DNA from: Octopus bimaculoides
Taxonomy: Eukaryota
NCBI RefSeq assembly: GCF_001194135.2
Contig: NC_069007.1
Location: forward strand, 1,974,948-2,038,947
DNA: 64,000 nt
Reading direction: 5' to 3'
The translations under genes and the position numbers were made by a program. The notes under the pieces were generated by a model. It saw nothing but the letters and a program-made list of their open reading frames with translations. It searched no databases and was not told the origin of the DNA. Below, piece by piece: positions 1-12,595 of the stretch. Each line of letters starts with the position of its first letter. Within the stretch, counting starts at the first letter, position 1.

Positions 1-42
<42 letters not shown>

Positions 43-56
43 CGTGTGTGTGTAGT
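1..56. repeat. (TA)n/(TG)n microsatellite
   Basis: Pure TA run 1-39 followed by TG dinucleotides. Confidence 0.95.
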
Positions 57-962
57 TCAACACATGCATAATAGCACATTAACACATTAAAATATATGAC
101 ATAGTTAAACTTGTATATTTATCTATTCATCATCGGAGCTATTTCGAATTCCAGACCTCTACTCCTTTCAATGACAACTACAATTGTTCAAACTGAATTG
201 AGATAAATTAGATCAGGTGGGGAAAAATATCTCATTGACGAGAGATAGTGATAAAGAATAAAGAAAAATTATGAAGAATTCTACTTGCCTATAATATTGA
301 AAAGTCAAAGGAATTTTGACAGTTTATACAAAATAAATTATTATTGATATCTTTTTTCTGTATATGGTTTTTTTTTTTCATATGAGGATGTAACGTATGT
401 ACGCTCATCAACGGTGTGTAATAAGTATGATTGACTATGCGTTCGTGCTCGCTTGTTTGTGTTTGCATGTATGTGTTCCGGCTTGAATGTGTCGATTGGT
501 TTTAGTTATCATGTAAGATTATAAAGATCTGCAACTGCTGCAGCAGAGCTAATGCAGTTGTCACGATCATTGCAAGAGAGTTAATGAAAATTACCACTTA
601 CTTCGTTCCACTTCTTTATATAACAATCAGTTGTAACTTGAACAACCGCTGCGTATTGTGTTTGTAATATTTTAGCTTTCATTAATTCAACAGCGGCTGA
701 CAAGGTGAATGTACATTATTATAGCTAGATGAGCAGTTAGATAACTTGCTGTAATTAAACCAAACTTAGTTTACAAAGTACATCTGACTTCTAGCATTGT
801 GGATTGATTCATATAGATGGTTCTATAGCTATAACAATGAGAAGTTGTCCACACATTCACTATTTTAATAATTAAAACATTCTTAAATGTAAAACACTGC
901 TATCCTAAGGTTGCGTTGCTTGAAGTATGAGAAGCTGGAATAAAATATAAGCGTATATCTGC

Positions 963-1038
<76 letters not shown>
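963..1038. repeat. (TA)n microsatellite
   Basis: About 76-nt AT dinucleotide run; source of the YIYI ORF 905..1087. Confidence 0.95.
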
Positions 1039-1040
<2 letters not shown>

Positions 1041-1164
1041 AATAAAAAAAAAACAACACGGATTTTAAAGGTTATTGTAGTACGCACGTTTCATGCTACT
1101 CCATTTATTTAAGTAATGCGAGCATTACATTAAATGTAAAATGCAGAGCAATCCTTAGCTGCAC

Positions 1165-2500
1165 AAGGATACAGAAGATTTACTAAAAATTTCATTTCAG
1201 CGTGGACATATTACTCTTGTTTACAAGATTTAAACAATCTAAGGGGGAAAGAAGAATACAACAAAAAAAAACATCTTGACATAGCCAAGCCTGCTAGCCT
1301 TGTTATAAGTTACTAAATTATCAAGAAGACCCTATCTGTCACTGATTTTATTTGTTTTATGGTGTCAGTTTTAATTTATAGACTAGTTTATCAGATCCTT
1401 GTATATCTAAGGCTGACAGAATGAAAGACAGTATTTGCTAGGGGTAGCGCTGAGAGAGCAGACAGAAATCATATTTGGTATAGTCATAAAAATCAAGATT
1501 TATTAGAAAAACAAAATTTTAGCTGACAACTAAGGGGGTTGCCCACTAGCAGACCATTGATAATGAAACAGGGGAAGTCTTATGTAGTAATATAGTTTAA
1601 TATTTTAAACAATGTTGCTATGTTGTATACGATTAAAGTTTTGGGCTATTCTGAGGGTTATTAAGAAGAATATATTAACAAAAGGATAGAAATTTATGAA
1701 TACTTTTGAGTATATACCAAACTTTTACCGCAATAGAGGAGGGAACATAAATTATCCAGAAATAGTTTACTATTTATACATATTGTACACTTAAATACTA
1801 ACTCATCAGATGGTATCTGTGAATATTGATTAATTGGTATATACTGGTAATAATAAAGGAGTATTGACGTAAAGGAACATTTTAATTATATATTAATAAA
1901 ATTATAATCTAATCAGTTTTTAAAAGTAGTTAATATACCAGTATAGTTTTATATAAGCTAAGTACGAATTTATAGATGTACAAAGATTAGCTTAATTTTA
2001 TGAATAAATAAAGGCTAATTATAAATTAATAACGAAATAAAATAAAATAATCAAGTAGGGCAGAACACCATAGAAAAGGAATAAAATAGCTTAATTACTA
2101 ATTCTATGGTGAAGTATATGTAACTTATTAACACCAATAGAGAAAATTTATAGAAAAAAGCATAATAATTCAAAATATATTATACTAAAAATTATTTCTC
2201 TAATATCAATAAAAGACTATTGTCTGTTATAAGCTAAAAGAATATTTAAGTTATGGAACATTCATATTTTACACTAAACTTTCTATGTATAAACTAGGCG
2301 TTATATTATAGATTAAAGAAGTTATTGTTAGTCCCTACACGATATTTATAATTTCTTAGTGGTACTTGTTTAGAAGGGTTATTTATATAAAGGCCCTTAT
2401 AAAATACTAAGATCGGGAGGGTAGAGCCATTTAAGACAGAGATAAATCAAGTAATCTCCAAAGATCATTTCAAACAATATTGTCTTATTGTATAAAGTTA
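1165..2500 (+). mobile_element. Heavily decayed non-LTR retrotransposon RT remnant (clade uncertain, possibly restriction-like-endonuclease type)
   Basis: Frameshifted motif-like strings in RT order: HITLVYK(I)..LRGK (~1220), LDIAK (1275, cf. LDxxKAFD), QEDPI (1322, cf. QGDP), tttagctgacaac (1518, cf. F/YADD), tatgaatacttttgagta (1695, cf. YKYLGV). Spacing is irregular, with many stops. Confidence 0.35.
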
Positions 2501-2711
2501 AAATTTCAGTTTTGTATAGGTTGCTCAGTTGATGGACAGACGCACAGAGACAGATACACGCACGCAAACACAACACACATCCATTCACAGACAAAAAAGA
2601 ACATATATGGGTGTGTTTATATAAATGAATATGTTTGTGTATGCGCCTGTGTGTGTGTACATATGCATACATACATACATACATACTAATATATATATAC
2701 CAGCATTTCTT

Positions 2712-2910
2712 TGTTCTTTTACTTTTTCTCAATCATTTCGCTGTGGCTATGCTGGAGCACCACCTTTTAGTCGAAGAAATAGACCCCTGAACTTATTCTA
2801 TGTAAGCCTGGTGCTTATTTTACCAGTCTCTTGTGCCGAACCACTACGTTACGGGGACGTGAACACACTGACATCGGTTGCCAAGCGATGGTGGAGGCGA
2901 CAAACGCAGA
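2712..2910 (-). mobile_element. SINE family 2 (CORE-like), 3' half
   Basis: Reverse complement matches the 3' half of the full copy at 35063-35469 (cacgtccccgtaacgtagtggttcggcacaagag...gctccagcatagccacagc). Confidence 0.8.
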
Positions 2911-4161
2911 CAATCATATACATATAAATATATACAAAGATATGTATGTGTGTATGTTATATATATATATATATATATGTACGTATGCATGTATGTGTAT
3001 ATGAGGTAAATATTTAGGCATATGTATTACATGTGTGTGTGAGTAAAGGAAAATATTTACATGTTGCAATCCAGTGAGTGATATCTCCCTCTTCCTATTG
3101 AACAAGTAACATCAATTATATAAATAGACAAATAATTTTAGCGCCTATCTAAATGCAGTTTTATTTAAATATGGAAATAAATATTTACTCTGATACATAA
3201 AATTAACTGTTATTAAATGAAGTTTTACGATAACGATTGCTTGTATATGAAATGAAGGATTCTGTTCATATACAAAAATATAAAATAAATATTGAATATC
3301 TGTTTAAATTTAATTGGTTTATGTATACATAAACATCTACACACAAGCAATGAATTGCCAGACAAGAATGATAAAAAAAAAAAGAGTATTTCTGATCGAA
3401 TATTTGTGATCTCTGAATATGAGAAGCGTAAAACTCAGTGCAGCGGTTAGTAGAGTACATAAAGGGATTTTCTCGTATTTGGATTTGTAGAACACAAATT
3501 ATAATTATGATTATCTTAAAGAATCAGCGTGGGATTAAATTCGAGACTGATAATAAATCTTCTTGTTATGAGTGCAACATCTCTCTTATTTCACACCAGT
3601 TGTCTTTGAATGACGTCAGGCTTATTGTAGACTCTGAAATACAAATAGACAATATGGCGACAGCTGTAATTCTGTCGAGGGATCATTCATTAGATAAACG
3701 CGTAACTGGGTCCGTAGAAGAAGAAAAAAACAATTAATAAAACGTGTGTACTTTGAAAATACTCTGAACCTAATTGCGAACTACACCATTCCCAGAGAGG
3801 AACGCTAATGAAAGGTTTCGAAGGATACCAATAGTATTTTTATTTTTTTTCGCCATGAACATTTACCCGTTTAATTCATGAAGGTTTTCTTTGAGAAAAT
3901 TATAAAGAAAACCTACGTAGAATTAAACAGTGACTGTTCTGTATTAAGTATATTATACATGAAAGTTATAAGACATGCCAGAGAGGTAGAACTGCGTAAG
4001 GAAAGGAAGCATTGCACATAACGTTTAACGTATTATAATTCTTATAACTTCATATTGCTAATTACGGTTCAAAGGTATGTATGCTCTTTGATTCTTGTAC
4101 CAAGGGATACATGCGAGTATAAATGAGTTTGTGGAAATAAATATGCGTGTATTTATGTATC

Positions 4162-4178
4162 TCTCTCTCTCTCTCTCT

Positions 4179-4228
<50 letters not shown>

Positions 4229-4350
4229 GTACACATAAAAATATATATAAAGGAAGCCACTATGTGGACTGCCAATGTGCTAGAAAATATATCTATATCT
4301 ATATACATGTGTATGTGTATAAGTATATATACTCTCTTCACTTGCTTCAG

Positions 4351-4404
<54 letters not shown>
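4162..4404. repeat. Compound (TC)n(AC)n and (TA)n microsatellites
   Basis: Direct inspection. Confidence 0.95.
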
Positions 4405-4408
<4 letters not shown>

Positions 4409-4431
4409 CCTTATTTTTTTCCATTCTGAAC

Positions 4432-4477
4432 AAAACTGTCCGAAGAACGGGAACGTTAAACTCTGAGTAACAGTTTT
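4432..4477 (+). ncRNA. Minimal type-I hammerhead-ribozyme-like motif (family H1), variant core
   Basis: AAAACTGT | CCGAAGA | ACG-GGAA-CGT | TAAA | CTC-T-GAG T A | ACAGTTTT: 8-bp stem I, 3-bp stem II, palindromic stem III, GUA cleavage triplet. Core deviates from consensus at U4C and G12U. Confidence 0.55.
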
Positions 4478-4749
4478 TGTAATATCTTTGATGTTTTTTT
4501 AAAAACGTTTATTACTCTACCTCCAGTATTCGAACACTTCTTTTGCATTTATATGCTTATTCTGGTATACACACAAACGCACGCACACACACATATGCAT
4601 ATATATATATATAAGGGAAAAGAATTTGATGACTACAAAAATATCTTTAAGAATTCGCTGAACGTCCACGATAAAATTTATGTAGCTATAAAAGAACATG
4701 TGTATATTTGATTATTTAAATCCAGAGTTTCTTGAATTATTCCTCGAAA

Positions 4750-4754
4750 CTTAT

Positions 4755-4789
<35 letters not shown>

Positions 4790-5020
4790 TACATACATAC
4801 ATACATATACATATATATATACATACATACATACATATACATATATATATACATATATATATACATACAAACAGGAATGCGTGTGCATGAATACGCATCA
4901 GTCTGTGAGTGTATCCGTATCTAGGATTGTATGCATATGCGTTGGTATCTAAGGAGAGCGTATATACATATATATATATGTATCTGTGTGTGTGTATGTG
5001 TCTGTGTATGTACATATATA
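4750..5020. repeat. Compound (CA)n/(TACA)n/(TA)n microsatellite block
   Basis: Direct inspection. Confidence 0.9.
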
Positions 5021-5799
5021 TGGCAATGAATGATACATTAAAATGAAACCGAATTAGCCGGCCGTAGACAACGATTAATCTACATCAGTAGAAAAGGTCC
5101 GCGGTTATTATTCCTTAAACGTTGAATGCTGTAAATATTTCTATTGATTGATCTAAACCTTTAACATAACTTTAAGCTATATAATCTGCAATTAGCTAAC
5201 CATGATAATATTTCATTCTTGTCCGTATCCGCCGCTAAGACATGTTTATGATGGGAATCGGAACGATGAAGATCATTGCAGAGGAGTAAAGGGTGACGGA
5301 CGGAAATGGGAGGTAACTGAACTATTAGCGTAAAAGTATCACTTATTTCAGACATGTTGTCATTTATTCTGTTGAATTGGCAGAAAATCGGTGAGTAAAT
5401 AGCAACGTTTAGTAAACCTCATATATTACGGGTGCAATAGTTTTAATTGCAGTGTAACTAATCGCTACTAGCTGCTTGAAGTGATCGGTAACGAGCAAGA
5501 ATTTTGGCACTTATAAAAATAAAATGGTTTTGACTAGTCAGTAACAGAGAGAGTGTTGGTGGGCGGTAAAATTGACAGAGCGTTGCCAAATAAAATGTCT
5601 TGTGGTATTTATTGGAGATCAGGATTTCAGAGTTCACATTCAAAGGTTGATAAAATATATGTGAAACACGAATTAATGCCGAATATAGAAAATCATATTT
5701 CGTTAGACAGAAATTTCTGTCGTTTGAATTTTGTACTGAAACAAGTTGTCGTTGTTGTTTAGCAATATCAGGAGAAGATCAGAAAAATATATATTTCTG

Positions 5800-6075
5800 G
5801 TATGCAGCTTAATGATCATTGAATATTCTTGCGATCGCAAGACTGTAGTTTCAATTCCTGGATCGGGTAGTGCGCTGTGCTCCTCAGCCTAACACTTCAT
5901 TTTACGTTGCTGCAGTCCATTCGACTTTTATCTAGAATCACTGTGACGTACTGGCTTTTAGTTTAGGAAAAATGAGGCCTCGTTCACTGAAACCAGACTA
6001 ACGACACTAGGAGTCCCCGAACTTGACACAGCAATGCCAAGCGGCTGCCACTGCTGCTACTGATGATGATGATGA
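5800..6075 (+). mobile_element. Old tRNA-derived SINE (family 4)
   Basis: B-box-like gtttcaattcctgg (5848) then aacacttcattttacgttgctgcagtccattc, shared with copies at 9375, 23967 and 54100; ends in (GAT)n. Confidence 0.55.
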
Positions 6076-6389
6076 CTATTTTAGCTTCAGATGAGCTAGT
6101 GGTATAATTTGATCTTCAGCTTTCGAGATATGTGAAATGTGATATGGTTAATGCACCAAGGTTGAGTACAACCACTACATCTCCGCGCTAAATGTTTCAT
6201 TGTGCCGAATTTAGAGCTACTTAGTTTGTCAGATAGAGAGCGCCGGATCTCAGGATAGAAAGAACAACAAGCTAAATATCGTGTGTTTTTATATGTACGT
6301 AATTTTTTGAATCTAAAAGGCCACAATTAGGATTCAATCCCTGCTACTTTTGTAATCTTTTAAGTGAGTATCCTTAAATACTGGTTTCA

Positions 6390-6596
6390 AATTTTAGCAC
6401 ATGCCCAGCAATTGTGGGGTGGAAGTAAGTCAATTACAAGGATCCAAATGATCAACTGGTACTTATTTTATCGATGCCGATACGATGAAGGGAAAATTCG
6501 ACTTCGGCGGAATTTGAACTCAGAACATATCTGCGGATGAAATACCACTGAGCATTTTGCCTGAGGTGATAACGATTCTACGCAGTTCGCCGCCTT
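6390..6596 (-). mobile_element. SINE family 1 (AAGGCGGCGAGCTGGCAGAAAC head)
   Basis: Reverse complement carries the family-1 head, gagttcaaattccgccgaagtcga and cgataaaataagtaccag. Confidence 0.85.
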
Positions 6597-7145
6597 CTGA
6601 GTACCAGTAATGTTAGGAAAGCTTTGTACATACGTTAAGCTCCGATTTATCGTAGCCATTAGGGAGTCAGATAGAATTACTTACGATATATATTCCGCTC
6701 CTTATATATCCGCAATTGACATTTCGAGTGTCTCTCAATAAAGCACCAATCAAGCACTTGGATTCATTCTTTCTCATTTCTATGCCTCTCTAACCCCTCT
6801 CTATCTCTCTGTGTATCTCTGTCTCTATTCTTATTTGTCTTGGAATTGCCTATGTTCCGTTGTTTGGAGAGTCAGAGGTGAACACTTGCATCGACTATCC
6901 TTCCGGAAATTCACTCGATTTGACCGTAAAACTAAATATCTTCTCAAAGACAATAAGACAATATGATACAACAACTGTCCAAGGACAGATCACTTCGAAA
7001 TCAGGAAGGAAAGGAAATTAAGAAATACTTAAGTAAGAAATCAGGTTTAGGAAAATAAATATTTCGTTTGCAGTCATGGATTTTATTGCAGAACATTTCC
7101 GCTCCAAACACAGGCCGTTTGATTCAACAATATTTTAGACAGAAT

Positions 7146-7360
7146 AAGGTAGCGAGCTGGCTGAAACGGTAGCACGCCGGGCGAAATGCTTAGCGCTATT
7201 AGGTCTGTCTTTACGTTCTGAGTTCAAATTCCGCCGAGGTCGACTTTGCCTTAAATCCTGTCAGCATCGATAAATTAAGCACCAGTTGAGTACTGGGATC
7301 GATCTAATCGACTGGCCCCCTCCCCCAAAATTTCGATATAGTCCTTTATCTTTAGAATAG
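7146..7360 (+). mobile_element. SINE family 1, tail A
   Basis: aaggtagcgagctggctgaaacggtagcacgccgggcgaaatgcttagc...gagttcaaattccgccgaggtcgactttgcc...gactggccccctcccccaaaatttc. Confidence 0.9.
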
Positions 7361-9374
7361 AGACGCCTTTTAACTAGCCTGATAATTTTCAACATCAATC
7401 CGGAAACCATTATCGTTAAGGATTTCAGTGCTAATTCCTTTCCATTTCTGAATTTTGTTGGCAATTGTGATTCGAATTTTCATTCGGTAAGCCCGATGCA
7501 TTTGGAGTTGCGTTGCGTAGCGTATTGCATAACGTAAAGGCTTTTATGCCAACTAAATAGCTAACTGTACAATGTTTACGTCACAATATAGGCTTTTAAT
7601 GAAACAACTGAACCAGGACCAGGTAACCCATTCGTCTCCTTTTATCTGTGTGTGTGCTCGCTTGACAACGAGTTTGATTAACGGGTCGGTAAATGTAAAC
7701 GATATAATATGTAACGGATTTTAAAATAAGTACTATGATCCATTTGTTCGACTAATTAATTGAAGGTTGCAATTCACTGATTGCAAGAAATAGTAACAGA
7801 TTAATTTACATATGTACGATTATAGCAGTAAACAACTTAAATGGCAGAGAAAGATTAATGCAGATTCAAGGAAAGATAAATCTTGGAAAGAAACAAAAAT
7901 GTATGTAGAAACGGAAGATAGAAAACGGGCGAGAATGAAAGACAGAGGAGAACGGACAAAATAGACAAAATGAACAATTAGGAATGAGAATTTTAGAGAA
8001 GTTGAGAACTCGGAAGCAAATGCTAGAGAAATGGAATAAATATAATACATGTGTGTGAATCAGAATAATGTCAGAAATATATAATTTTTACAAGTTTTTT
8101 TCCATGAAATCCGATTCCCCTTTGCATGCTCTTTATATTGCAGAAACTAGAGTTCGTGTTAATAACGAGGAGATAAGAATAAAAACCTTAGGGGGAAACA
8201 AATGGCAGCGTTAATAAACATGTTTCAATCTACGAATTCCAAGGACAGAGCAATGTATGTCTTCGTTGTAGATATTTAGAATGTTGACGAGTGTATACAG
8301 AAGTCGTTTGCGTGTATGCGTTTGTGTTTGTGTGTTATGTGTGCAGACGTTTATATAGAAATGATTGAATTCTGGCGAAAGATTCCGGCACGATGCCAAG
8401 TACAATTCCATTCCACTTGTTTTCAGATACTTTTATTTGCAATTTACTTTAAGTACTTTATTAATTTCCTTTTCTTCGAGTGCGTTTCACTGAAGAATTC
8501 CAGCTTGGTGTCGGCTGTTCTTTATGTTTTGTTGGCAATGGACCAAGATTTTGCGGGTTCAACTCCAGGACAGATTGTTGTTCTTAAGCTATGTTAGTCT
8601 AACAGATAGAGTTCATTTCTATTGATAATGACTTAGTAGCAATTATTATCATTATTATTATTATATTATATTATTATAACTCTTACAATAAACAATAATC
8701 GCGTAACGGATTAAATGGAAACAGCTAATATCGCCCCCACAAAATAAACCATTATTATTTTTTTCATTTCACACTAGGTTTATCAGATTTTGGGCTTCAT
8801 AAATTGTTTGCGTGCATGTGTGTGTGCGTGTGTGTGTGCGTGTGGTAAGTATAAAGCCTTGACAAAAATGTCTTAAAGGGAAAGTATTTTTCTAAAAATA
8901 AGACCTATACCAAAAAGGGTATATATAGAAAATACTCATAACTTGACGTTCAACCATATTATTTGATATGATAATTTTGCTTGAATGAGAAAGAAATGCT
9001 CTGATGATAAATGGTAGAAGTTTCCCTTTTGACGATGGACATATCCACAATCGTAAGCACACTAAATTAAAATAAACATATTTCAAAATTATTTCTATTT
9101 CTTAGACTGAAATCAATTTCTTTTATTATATTGAAGCTGTTATGAGTCATTCTCCTTTTTATTAAGTCTAAAACGATATCTGGTCTACAGCGTCTAATAA
9201 TTCTACGTTACTGGATGTCAAAATATCTAGAAGTTTTGATTTACGAAGATCTTTAAAAGCCTTTTATAGTGAATGACTGAACTAATTGTCTGAAGAGTTA
9301 TTTCTACAGTTTTACGATGTGGCAAGATTAAAATGTAACAGCACTTCTCATGACACGAATTATATCCTTTCTGA

Positions 9375-9600
9375 GGTGCGTGGTTTTGTGGCTAGGCTAT
9401 TGGACTCATGATCGTAAGATTGTGGTTTCGCTTCCCAGGCCGGGCGACGCGTTGTGTTATTAAGCAAAACACTTCCTTTCACGCTTCTCTGCTCCATTCA
9501 GCTGGGAAAGATGAGTAGCCGTGCGATGAAGCATCGTTCGGTCCAGCGGTGAATAGATAAGCACGAAAACCGGGAAACCGGTGCTATGAGTCTATATGGA
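9375..9600 (+). mobile_element. Old tRNA-derived SINE (family 4)
   Basis: tRNA-like head with ggtttcgcttccc B-box-like motif, then gttgtgttattaagcaaaacacttcctttcacg. Confidence 0.6.
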
Positions 9601-10029
9601 ACGGGATCGTTCTCTACTTTTCACTTTTATCTCAATTAATATTTTGATGCTTTATTATGACCAGTATTTCCCACTCGCTAATTACATACTTGGACACAGG
9701 AATTCTTATATTGTTCTAGAGAATGTCTGGAAAAACATAAGAAAATTAGAAGTATATTGTAAAAGTAATTTCATAATAAGACGATGGTGTGATGTTAAGA
9801 TGACAGTAAAAGTTGTTTTGTATTATGTTCATTTAAAAGTATTTTCGTACTGTTTACAGAATAAATTTGGGGTGGGCGGGTTACTTAGACAATATTTTTT
9901 TTTAGATTAGGAACAGTTTCCATTAGCACTACGTTTTTGATTTCTTCCATTTTTAGATTTCCTGGTATCCTGGATAGGTAGCAATCACCCCCTTCCCTAG
10001 CAACATTTCATAGGTCTTTACAACGTTTT

Positions 10030-10180
10030 GATCTCAAATTTCGCCGATGTTGACTTTGCATTCCATTATTTCGATATCGATAAAATGATTACCAGCTCAG
10101 CACTGAGATCGATGTAATCGACGTATCCTTTTCACTGAAATTGCTGGCCTTGTACCAGAATTTGAATCCATCATTATTAG
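10030..10180 (+). mobile_element. SINE family 1, 5'-truncated old copy
   Basis: tcaaatttcgccgatgttgactttgc...cgataaaatgattaccag...gatcgatgtaatcgac. Confidence 0.7.
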
Positions 10181-10249
10181 GTGAAGTGCCAAAATCGTGA
10201 CCACGCCCAACAAATTAATTATCGCTATTTCTTTTTTTTTTTTTTCTGA

Positions 10250-10410
10250 GTGAAAGTCCTAAGTTCAAATGCCGCCGAGACCGACGTTCCCTTTCATTCT
10301 TTAGTGATCGATTAAATAAGTACCAGACAACAACTTGAGACCGACGTAATCGAACAATCTCCTCCCCGAAAATGTAAAGGTTTGTTTCTATATCATAAGG
10401 GATTGTGATC
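10250..10410 (+). mobile_element. SINE family 1, 5'-truncated old copy
   Basis: aagttcaaatgccgccgagaccgac...gattaaataagtaccag...cgtaatcga. Confidence 0.65.
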
Positions 10411-10974
10411 ATTTCTGTCAGTCTTCTTTTTTATTGCTTTCATGGATGGCCGAGTACACTGTTGCTTTATTCTATTGAAAGTCTTCTCTCTTATATCTTT
10501 CCCGTGTTTGATAGCGAAATTTACTACGTATTATGAAAATATATCTTAGGACTTTAGTTATAAACATTATTATTGGTATGTAACTCTTTGCTTCACAAAA
10601 AGAATTTATAATATTATTTCATTGAAACAGCGACATTTTGAAGAAACCAGTAAATAATATGTGACGCACGAGAATTGAATTGATCTTTTATTCAAACAAC
10701 ATGTATATTTTTTTTTCATTTTCAAATTCCATATGCATTATCTTATACATATGATTCTACAAACATGAATTTAAAAATTCAGAAATCAGTGTATTAGCTA
10801 TCGAAGTGTTTTCCTTCTTTTTTTTTTTTTTTTTAATGTTTTCTCTTTTTCTACTTGGGAGACCTTCAACGACTTCTGGATGTATTGAATAAATTTTGAT
10901 GAGGATGTATATTTTTTGTAAAAAAAGGCTTTTCAGTTCTGTTGATAGCAGCATGCAATATTATCATAATCTGC

Positions 10975-12380
10975 TGCATTGGCAAAAAAAACATTTTTTT
11001 TTTCTGGTTTATGACGCATCGTAATTTTGCGGATCTCGCTGTAGGATCTCGGCTCATTAAAAAGCATGCTGTAACATTCATGTTATGTATAGGTTTACGA
11101 TCGTTAGCAACAAAGCCAGGCAAATCTCCTTCGCTAAGTGCTATAAATTCTGCCATCAACGAAAGTGCATTGAGTGAAGCTTCTGCCTCGCTTATTGCTC
11201 TGATGCTCGTTACGACTCTAACTTCCTAGGCTTCTCATTAGACGAACATACTTTACGTGATACTAGCAATTTGATTATAATGTCTACGATTTCTTCACCC
11301 CTGCTACAATTTGTCAGTATTACAATGCTTTGTTGAACCTGATTTAAGTATCTTGCCAGTGGGAAATATATAAAGACACAAATATAGTCTGACTGATTTT
11401 TGTCAGGCATCGTTCGGTAGCTGAGCGTTTCTCTGTATCCATCATTCGCTTATATTACCTACAGCGTCTATAATATTGAACTTTCTTCCAGAGGTTTCTA
11501 CCTATCTTTTTATCCTTCAGAAGCATCTGATATGAGTTGTTTAAGAATTCTTCTGAGATAATATTCTTTGAAGTTAACTATCACACCTTCTTCTATAAAT
11601 TGTAGGAAAGAATTTGTGTTCTGAGTGTATATTTCATTCTCACATTATCAAAGGAACCCTATATGTGCATTGATCTGCTTAGTACTTTGTTCAAAATAAT
11701 CATTATGTTATTCGAAATGTTATGACATAATGTGAAAATTTCTACAGCAAAAATGCGTATCACTCGCAAGAATCAAAGACTTATTTAAATGGTAAATAAC
11801 AAGTAGATGCACTTACAATACCTCTTTAAAAACATTGTTTTGCATGAGTGACATACGTTTAGCAAAGCCAAATTTCATAAACATATCAGAAGTATAATAT
11901 CATTCAGTAATACTTATATTAGCCCCTCATGATAATTAGTTCTGTATTAGCATATTCAACTTCACCGGTCATTTTAATGCTGTCTGTATGAAGGTGAGTC
12001 TTAAAATTCAAGACTAGATTTTACTTGAAAGAATAGTTTATTGCAGCACAAGGAACAGATACTGTCTTTAAATCTTCATGCATACTTTTAACACCCATGC
12101 ATTACGTTTACCAGCACATTACATCCAGCATGGTCATCCATCTACACATTGAAGAGCCTGTCCATTTTAAATTAGCAAAAAAAGAGAAATTAACAAAATA
12201 GCAACCAGAGAATTTTAACTAATTTTATTTTAATCTTAAAGTCTTTGTTGCAAATTGTAATGTGCTTTTGTCAATAACGTCGCATTATTTTCCCTTTTTC
12301 TCCTGTAGGAAAACCATTTGTAAACAATCAAGTTTCACATCCAATGTAATCATCTTGTGACACTTCTTCTCACGGCAGCA
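10975..12380 (-). mobile_element. Tigger/pogo-family DNA transposon fossil (near full-length transposase, many stops and frameshifts)
   Basis: Minus-strand translation gives, in the correct order: KKCHKMITLDVKLD (CENP-B-type N-terminal HTH, ~12370), MDRLFNV*MDD and VKSMHEDLR (second HTH), IKMTGE (~11970), NTNSFLQFIEEGVIVNFKEYYLRRILKQLI (cf. NTTSxxQPMDQGVIxxFKxYYLRR, 11620-11530), WKK/FNIIDAVGNI, EEIVDIIIKLLVS..SNEKPRKLE and RDPTARSAK..NQKKK (C-terminus). TIRs not found. Confidence 0.8.
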
Positions 12381-12595
12381 TTCACCTCGAATTTATTGCC
12401 CTCCCCTCCCACTCTCATATTCAATAACAATAATATACTTACACCCTACGTGATAATCGTTAAAAAAAGAGGCAGCGTTCAAACAGTTCTACGTTGACGA
12501 GTCGTAGCTATTCTGTACGGAAGCAAAAATATAAGTGAGGAACGGAAAGGGATGTAAAGATAGATAGAGAAAGAGAGAGAGAGGGGTAGATAGAT

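Noticed and set aside
11120-11165. ALSLMAEFIALSEG resembling the copia RNase H motif
   Set aside because: Lies within the collinear Tigger C-terminus; no other copia motifs nearby.
11986-12010. tatgaaggtgagtc resembling a mariner TIR or splice donor
   Set aside because: Explained as Tigger coding sequence on the minus strand.
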